A stretch of 63,938 nt of DNA, filler included, from Raillietiella orientalis (lineage: Eukaryota), in the NCBI GenBank assembly GCA_036172245.1. It is 13 parts of 13 records of this genome, joined end to end, with 100 filler letters (N's around TTAATTAATTAA, not from the genome) between each part and the next. Parts side by side here need not be neighbours in the genome. Positions count along the whole stretch, not along the records: positions 56,817 to 61,597 come from JAYWIR010000335.1; positions 61,698 to 63,938 come from JAYWIR010000402.1; 11 more parts are not named here. The stretch is one strand, 5' to 3'. The translations under genes and the position numbers were made by a program. The notes below the pieces were generated by a model. It was not told the origin of the DNA. It ran no database searches and worked only from the letters and a program-made list of their open reading frames with translations. Numbering within the stretch: position 1 is the first letter of the stretch; each line of letters begins with the position of its first letter. Positions 58,597 to 63,938 of this stretch are shown piece after piece.

Positions 58597-60540
58597 ATGT
58601 CCACGGAACCCCTGCAGCAAAAGATGGATGTGGAGGCTGCTACTGGCAGTGGAGACTCTTCTCCACTTGTCCGGTCCGCCTCTGATTCTTGTGTCTCGCC
58701 ACCGGCGAGAAGCTTCGCCGCCGTCGTCAAGGCGGCGGCAGCCAACGGAGCACCGCCCGACGAAGCAGAGCTGCAGGCATATGCAGCCCATGGCTACAAG
58801 CCTGCGCTCTGCTATCCGGTGAGTGCTTCTATCTCCGACGGGGTCGGAGAAAATTTGTGGGACGAGCTTTTGCGCGTCGGGGTCCTTCAGGACGACCTCC
58901 TGGCCGTCATGCCGGTTAACGCGCTCGGACACTGGGAGGTGCACTGCGAAGAGGCATCCCTAGTCCAGCGCCTTCTCCGCACCCCGCTAAATATCCGCGG
59001 GAAGGAGGTCGTCCCGTCGGCCATGGACCAGTCGTTCGTGGTCCGATTATCCGCCGTCCAGGTGGACACGCCCGATCGCGTGCTCGTCGCTGCACTAAGT
59101 GCATTCGCCACGGTGCACGCGCTGTGGAGAGCAGAAAATCCGATCAAAAGGATTGCATCTTTCTACAGCGGACTTGCCATGGCGCGTGTCACCATGGTGG
59201 ATAGGAGGCAAATGCCTCCGCACTTGCAGGTGGGCGATGCGATCATCCACCTTAAATTTGCCGGTCAGCGACCGGCTTGCGGCATTTGCGGTGCAGAGGG
59301 CCACCGTGCGTGGACGTGCCCTTCACGCAACTGCCGCTATTCTAAACACCTCGGTTACTCCATCAAAGAGTGCGCCGAGCTGAAGAGAAAGCGGCAGGCG
59401 AAAAGCCGCCAACATTCGACCCCGTCCGCGCCGAAAAGATCACCCGTTGTGCCACGGGAGAAATCTGGCGCGAAGGGCGGGGCATCTTCGAGTGGAGCTC
59501 CCGCGAAAAAGGACGCGGTTGCTTCAGGGAAGCCACCATCCCAGACAACCGCGCAGACGGGAAAGATGCCACGTCGCCCTGGGGGCAAATCGCCCCCTTC
59601 GAAGCAGCCTAAGAGTGCGGGCACGCACTCAATCAAGGCAGCTGAACCGTCCGCGTCCGCTTGCGCGTCCAGAGGAGCACACGGGAAACCGTGCGCGGGT
59701 ACCCCCGGAGCTGCCTCTGAACGGCAGTCTCCTCCTACGGCGGTGGAGATCACGTCTTCCACGCCGAAGGTACGAGCAGCGAAGGCTGCAATAGCGCCTC
59801 GCGGGACGACGGCAATGACCGGCGTTTCGCCCGCATCGGCTAAGGAGCAGGTGCAGTGCGTAACGGGGACGGAGCCGTCTCCCGCCGCGAGCGCGAAACC
59901 TGAGCTCGCATCTCCGGCCAAACAATTGAGGGAGGCGTCGGCCTCCCAGGAGGGCGTCCCCGACGCGGGCTGGACTCGAGTCTCCAGGATGCCCACAAAG
60001 GGGAAGAAGAAGGTTGACCCTTCAATATTCCCCATCCTTAAGGTGGGTGGGAGGCAAAAGAGAAGCACGCCTAAGAAGGTGCGTACCCAGGTACGCACTA
60101 CGGCTGCGTGCTCTGTCTCCGTCGCTTCGCGCGAGACGGCGGCTGCGGAAGCCAAAGCTCCGGAAGCTGCGTTGGCGACTGCGACGACCCCCGCGCGGGC
60201 AGGGCAAGCCTCCACCTGCCGAAACAAAAAGAGCCTGGCAAAACGCCAGTCTCGCGCCAGGCACTCGGATTCCGAGATGGAGTCCGAGTGCAAACAAATG
60301 GAGCGCGCATCCCGGGGTAAGCCGGTAGCGCGCCGGGCTAAAGTGCGAAAGCACGAGCCTGTTGCCGGAGGCGGTTCCGGCTCCTGCACGGAGACCGAGG
60401 CGATGATCCTCGGCTCCCAGGACTCAGCTGGGCGCGATGTGGCGGCGAACGGGAGCGATTCCGCTTCCCAATCCGCTCTCCTACCAGCTGACTTCTCGCC
60501 GGACGGGGCGAGGAGCACGCCGTCATGTCCGCAGCAGTGA
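58597..60540 (+). CDS. LINE ORF1 protein (zinc knuckles, long low-complexity tail)
   Basis: Open frame from ATG 58597; CGICGAEGHRAWTC plus a degenerate second knuckle. Confidence 0.88.
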   Translation: MSTEPLQQKMDVEAATGSGDSSPLVRSASDSCVSPPARSFAAVVKAAAANGAPPDEAELQAYAAHGYKPALCYPVSASISDGVGENLWDELLRVGVLQDDLLAVMPVNALGHWEVHCEEASLVQRLLRTPLNIRGKEVVPSAMDQSFVVRLSAVQVDTPDRVLVAALSAFATVHALWRAENPIKRIASFYSGLAMARVTMVDRRQMPPHLQVGDAIIHLKFAGQRPACGICGAEGHRAWTCPSRNCRYSKHLGYSIKECAELKRKRQAKSRQHSTPSAPKRSPVVPREKSGAKGGASSSGAPAKKDAVASGKPPSQTTAQTGKMPRRPGGKSPPSKQPKSAGTHSIKAAEPSASACASRGAHGKPCAGTPGAASERQSPPTAVEITSSTPKVRAAKAAIAPRGTTAMTGVSPASAKEQVQCVTGTEPSPAASAKPELASPAKQLREASASQEGVPDAGWTRVSRMPTKGKKKVDPSIFPILKVGGRQKRSTPKKVRTQVRTTAACSVSVASRETAAAEAKAPEAALATATTPARAGQASTCRNKKSLAKRQSRARHSDSEMESECKQMERASRGKPVARRAKVRKHEPVAGGGSGSCTETEAMILGSQDSAGRDVAANGSDSASQSALLPADFSPDGARSTPSCPQQ

Positions 60541-61597
60541 TGCGTGGACTCGCGTCCGCTCGTCGCGTCAGCGTGGCCTGTTGGAATGTCAACGGGCTAC
60601 GTGATGCTGACAAAAGGCGGACGGTAGCCAACGCTTTGCGCGCGTTCGATCTGGTGCTGCTGCATGAGATACATAGCATCTCCGAACGGCAGCCATCGGA
60701 TCTGGAAGAGCGCGCGGGCGGAACGCTACACTGGCGGCAAGGCTCCGCGCACACGTGCGGAGTCGCGTTCCTCGTGCGAGGCAGGGTGGCGGAGGCGGTG
60801 CGGAACGTTTGTTTCGACGAGGAAGGTCGTGTGGGCCAACTTGTCCTCAAGTGGTCTGAATCGATCGACATGGTCGTTACGAATATCTACGCGCCGAGCG
60901 GCGGCCGGCATTACGCCCAGCGACTTGCATTCCTGGGTGGCCTGCGCAGCCGCTGGCTCGCTGACTCCGGCCCTAACGTGGCGCACCTCCTTGCAGGAGA
61001 CTTCAACGTCCACCTGCTAACAGAGGAGAGATGCCGCTTGAGGGAGAAGCAACTGGTGAGCGAGGTATGCGCGTCCGTGCGCGTGCAAAACTTGCTTGCT
61101 GGTGAGCCCGGGATGGAGAGATCGACGGACCATGCGTTCCTCGATGAACACCTGCTCTCACGAGTAGGTCGGAGAGGGCGTCTGCTGTCCGCGATTTCGG
61201 ATCATCCTAGACTGGAGTTCGAGCTCCTCCCGCCTAGCAAAGGGCGTCCGATGAACGTCTGGAGGTTGCCGGCCGACTGGCTTAGCAATTCGGAGGCGGC
61301 GGAGCATCTCCGCCAACACCTCCTGGGCTTCGCCATCTGTGAACTCGAGGAATGGGACGATCTGAAAAGATCGGTCCGCGAGTTCTGCTGCCGGTTCCCC
61401 TTGCACCTGCTTCCCCGCGGCTTCGGGGAGGGTGTCGCGAACAGCAGATCCTATCTGCAGGCGCGTACCTTTTCACGATGCCCGGACGTCCGGCGTCTGG
61501 CGGAGTATAAGGCCAGGGCCGAGCGCCAGGATTGGCAGTCTGGAGCGGCTTGTCTGCTCGAAGACGCTGGCCAGGAATGCTCGGCTGCAGCCGAAGT
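60540..61597 (+). CDS. LINE ORF2, APE endonuclease domain (partial, runs off contig)
   Basis: WNVNG, LLHE, NIYAP, GDFN, TDH and SDH; linker WDDLKRSVREFC..LPRGFG. Confidence 0.9.
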
Positions 61598-61708
61598 NNN
61601 NNNNNNNNNNNNNNNNNNNNNNNNNNNNNNNNNNNNNNNNNTTAATTAATTAANNNNNNNNNNNNNNNNNNNNNNNNNNNNNNNNNNNNNNNNNNNNGAA
61701 GTTGATAG

Positions 61709-63938
61709 TTGCCACCCGGTCACGCCGGGGCGTTTATTAAAAATTCTCTTTGATTCGTGGTACGAGGCCCAACTACGGCCAACTCAACTGGACCTGCCGG
61801 GTCGCCGGTACGCAGACCGGCGCGACTGTCCTCGGCAGCGGAAGGGGGTATGGGAAAAAACAAGAAGAAAAATAAAATATAAAAACAAAAAGATTTGGGA
61901 GGGTTGGGGAAGGATCACTGACCACTGGGAGGAGGGTCCATCCTTCCCAGGATGACCTTGAGGTCCGTCCGTATAATCCCCAGGTGGGGCCATCTGGTCA
62001 CAATCCGCTGGTAGCGGACTGCAAGTACGACGGCATCCCTGTCGTGATTCGGTCTTCCGACGTTGCTCCAGCACGTCACAATCCCGCGGACGCAGCAAAG
62101 TGAAGCCAGGGCAGCGGCTGGACGCAGGGCATCATGCACGAACAGAAGTCGAAAAACGTCTCTGGGCTGGCTGCCCTCCTGGATCCGTAGGGAGGCACGA
62201 AGACGTTCCCACAGGGGTCGGAGGGCAGCACAATCAACAAGGAGGTGGGGGAGAGTTTCCCGTTCCCCACACCTGATGCAAGTAGGATCTACTCGACCCC
62301 TGGTCCAGTGGTGGCGCCGTGCGTTGCAGGGTAGACCCCAATGCAACATCAGAAGCGCCGACTCCTGCCACTTCAGGGGGAGGATCCTAGATCCCATTGA
62401 TACCGGGGGCCACTTCAGGTCATCCGGCTGGATGCCGAGTAGCTCGCCCCATCTCTGCAGTCCTGTCGGCTGGACACTAGGGGTACTGGCGTCCGCCAGT
62501 TCACCCGTGGACCAGCCGCTGATCAACTTCTCCTTGCCTGCGATGCGGCAGGAGACTTGCCACCTAGGCTTGCGGCTGCTGGAGAGCGCCCTCCTCAGGA
62601 AGGGCATCGCCGTAGCTAGGGGGGTTGTCTCTGCCCACGTGCTTCTCGCGGGACCCTGGAGTATCTTCCGCAGAGTGCAGCGGGAATAGGCGCCGCGTCG
62701 CAGGCAGTTCCATATTTCTTCATTTTTTTCATTACTCTTCGCCAACGTGCCAGCTGTCTCCTCCAGTCATGCGGAGGAGTTGGCGGGGCTGCATACCATC
62801 CAGCTGTTTTCCTTCGCCAGAGTTGCCATGCGTCCCAGGAGAAGTCCGCATCTCTTGATCTTCTTGCCACGGCAGAGAAGATAGGACGCGAGACCCTCCG
62901 TCCCGGATACACGGCTGACAAGGAGTCGGGCCGGAACGCACCAAGAAGTGCTCCATAACTTCGCTGCGATGGCGAGGGTTCGCCACCGCAGCTGAATCTC
63001 TACTCGCTCCATCGTCAAGAGGCCGAGACCGCCATCCTGACGTGGAGCACACAAGTCCTTCAACGGGACTCGGGGTTTTCCTCTTTTCCAAAGGGCAATT
63101 CTCAGGAGGTCCTTTGTCTGTTTTTTCAACTCTCTGGGGACGGGGCAAACAAATAGCAGGGGGCGGGGGATAGGAGCCGCGAACGCGTTCCATACCGCGG
63201 CCCGTTCCGGAAGGAGAAACTTGTCTTCCAGGAACGGGCCGATCGCCGTTTCAACTTTTTTGAGGCAGCCGGACCACGCTTCCGCAGGGGAATAGTCCCC
63301 CAACGGCACACCAAGGTACTTCAAGCACCTCGCCGTGGGGATCCCCAAGCGGACCCAGTCCTGCTGCCCAGCCCACGCCGCACCGACTGGAACCACCGTC
63401 GACTTCGCCCTGTTCACAGTAAGTCTGGTCCCGCGGCTAAGCAGTTCGAAGAAATTCCCGACCGCCTTCGCCGGCGTGGACATCGGCAACAGAAGCAAAG
63501 GATCGTCGGCGTATGCTGCAACGGCGGGCGTGCCGGGGCACGAGCTCGGCAAGGGGGCCAAAGTCACCCTGTACACTCTCAGCACTAACACAGAGTAGGT
63601 GCTAAAGAGCAGGGGACTGAGGCTGTCGCCCTGCCGTATGCCTCGCCGTACCGGCACGCCATACGCCATTTGACCTCTGAAAGAGATATTGATCAGCGCG
63701 CTGCGCCAGCAAGAGCGCAGGTAGGTCAGTAGGTAGGGAGGGAAGCCCATGCATCTCAGGAGCTCTAGCGGGAGATCCTGGTCCACGCAGTCGAACGCTT
63801 TATGCAGATCGATTGCGATCGCTAGGGCTCCCTTCCCCACCTGGGAGTCCTGTCAATGCCCGGCTGACGCCCCCAAAGCGGGGCTGCCAATCCTTCTCTC
63901 TTCCTTTTCTTTACTACTCTGCACATAAAACCATGAAC
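61709..63938 (-). mobile_element. GC-rich LINE, 3' part (RT to 3' end)
   Basis: ORFs 62767-63840 (DLHKAFD, GIRQGD, YADD) and 61915-62745 (CIRCGERETLPHLLVDC); AATAAACG-hairpin end at 61738-61709. Confidence 0.93.

Larger units (their letters stand above)
58517..61597 (+). mobile_element. Divergent GC-rich LINE, intact 5' end with open ORF1 and ORF2 to contig end
   Basis: 5' end CGGACGTGTACTGTGTTGCTCC; uninterrupted frames; TGATG overlap at 60538-60542. Confidence 0.93.

Overview
This window is not one locus. It is 13 short contigs (about 4.8-5.3 kb, in decreasing length order) joined by 100-nt N44-TTAATTAATTAA-N44 linkers. The content is eukaryotic repetitive DNA, and I recognise no prokaryotic or housekeeping genes. 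Three contigs are arrays of a related 275/278-bp satellite, one is a ~2.65-kb tandem duplication, and one is a nearly intact A-rich L1/Tx1-type LINE. Eight contigs consist almost entirely of decayed GC-rich L1/Tx1-type non-LTR retrotransposons (CCHC ORF1; APE endonuclease-RT-CCHC ORF2) nested in one another. The main observation is that this nesting is not random. Of 15 element/element junctions, 14 are antisense. Eleven fall on only four sites in conserved coding motifs of related elements: RT D-L-x-K-A-F-D (5 junctions), the post-endonuclease L-P-x-G-F-G (2), RT D-A-K-L-I (2) and ORF1 C-S-V-V-V (2). Repeated junctions of the same type share the same nucleotide register, and paired 5'/3' junctions imply ~15-bp target-site duplications. 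This suggests a group of sequence-specific LINEs that target the conserved genes of their own relatives. These elements also share a GGACGTG 5' terminus, a covarying 3'-UTR hairpin with a CTGCGT loop, an AATAAACG-hairpin 3' end without poly(A), and an endonuclease that appears to lack the usual beta-hairpin specificity loop. All alignments were done by eye and no searches were run.
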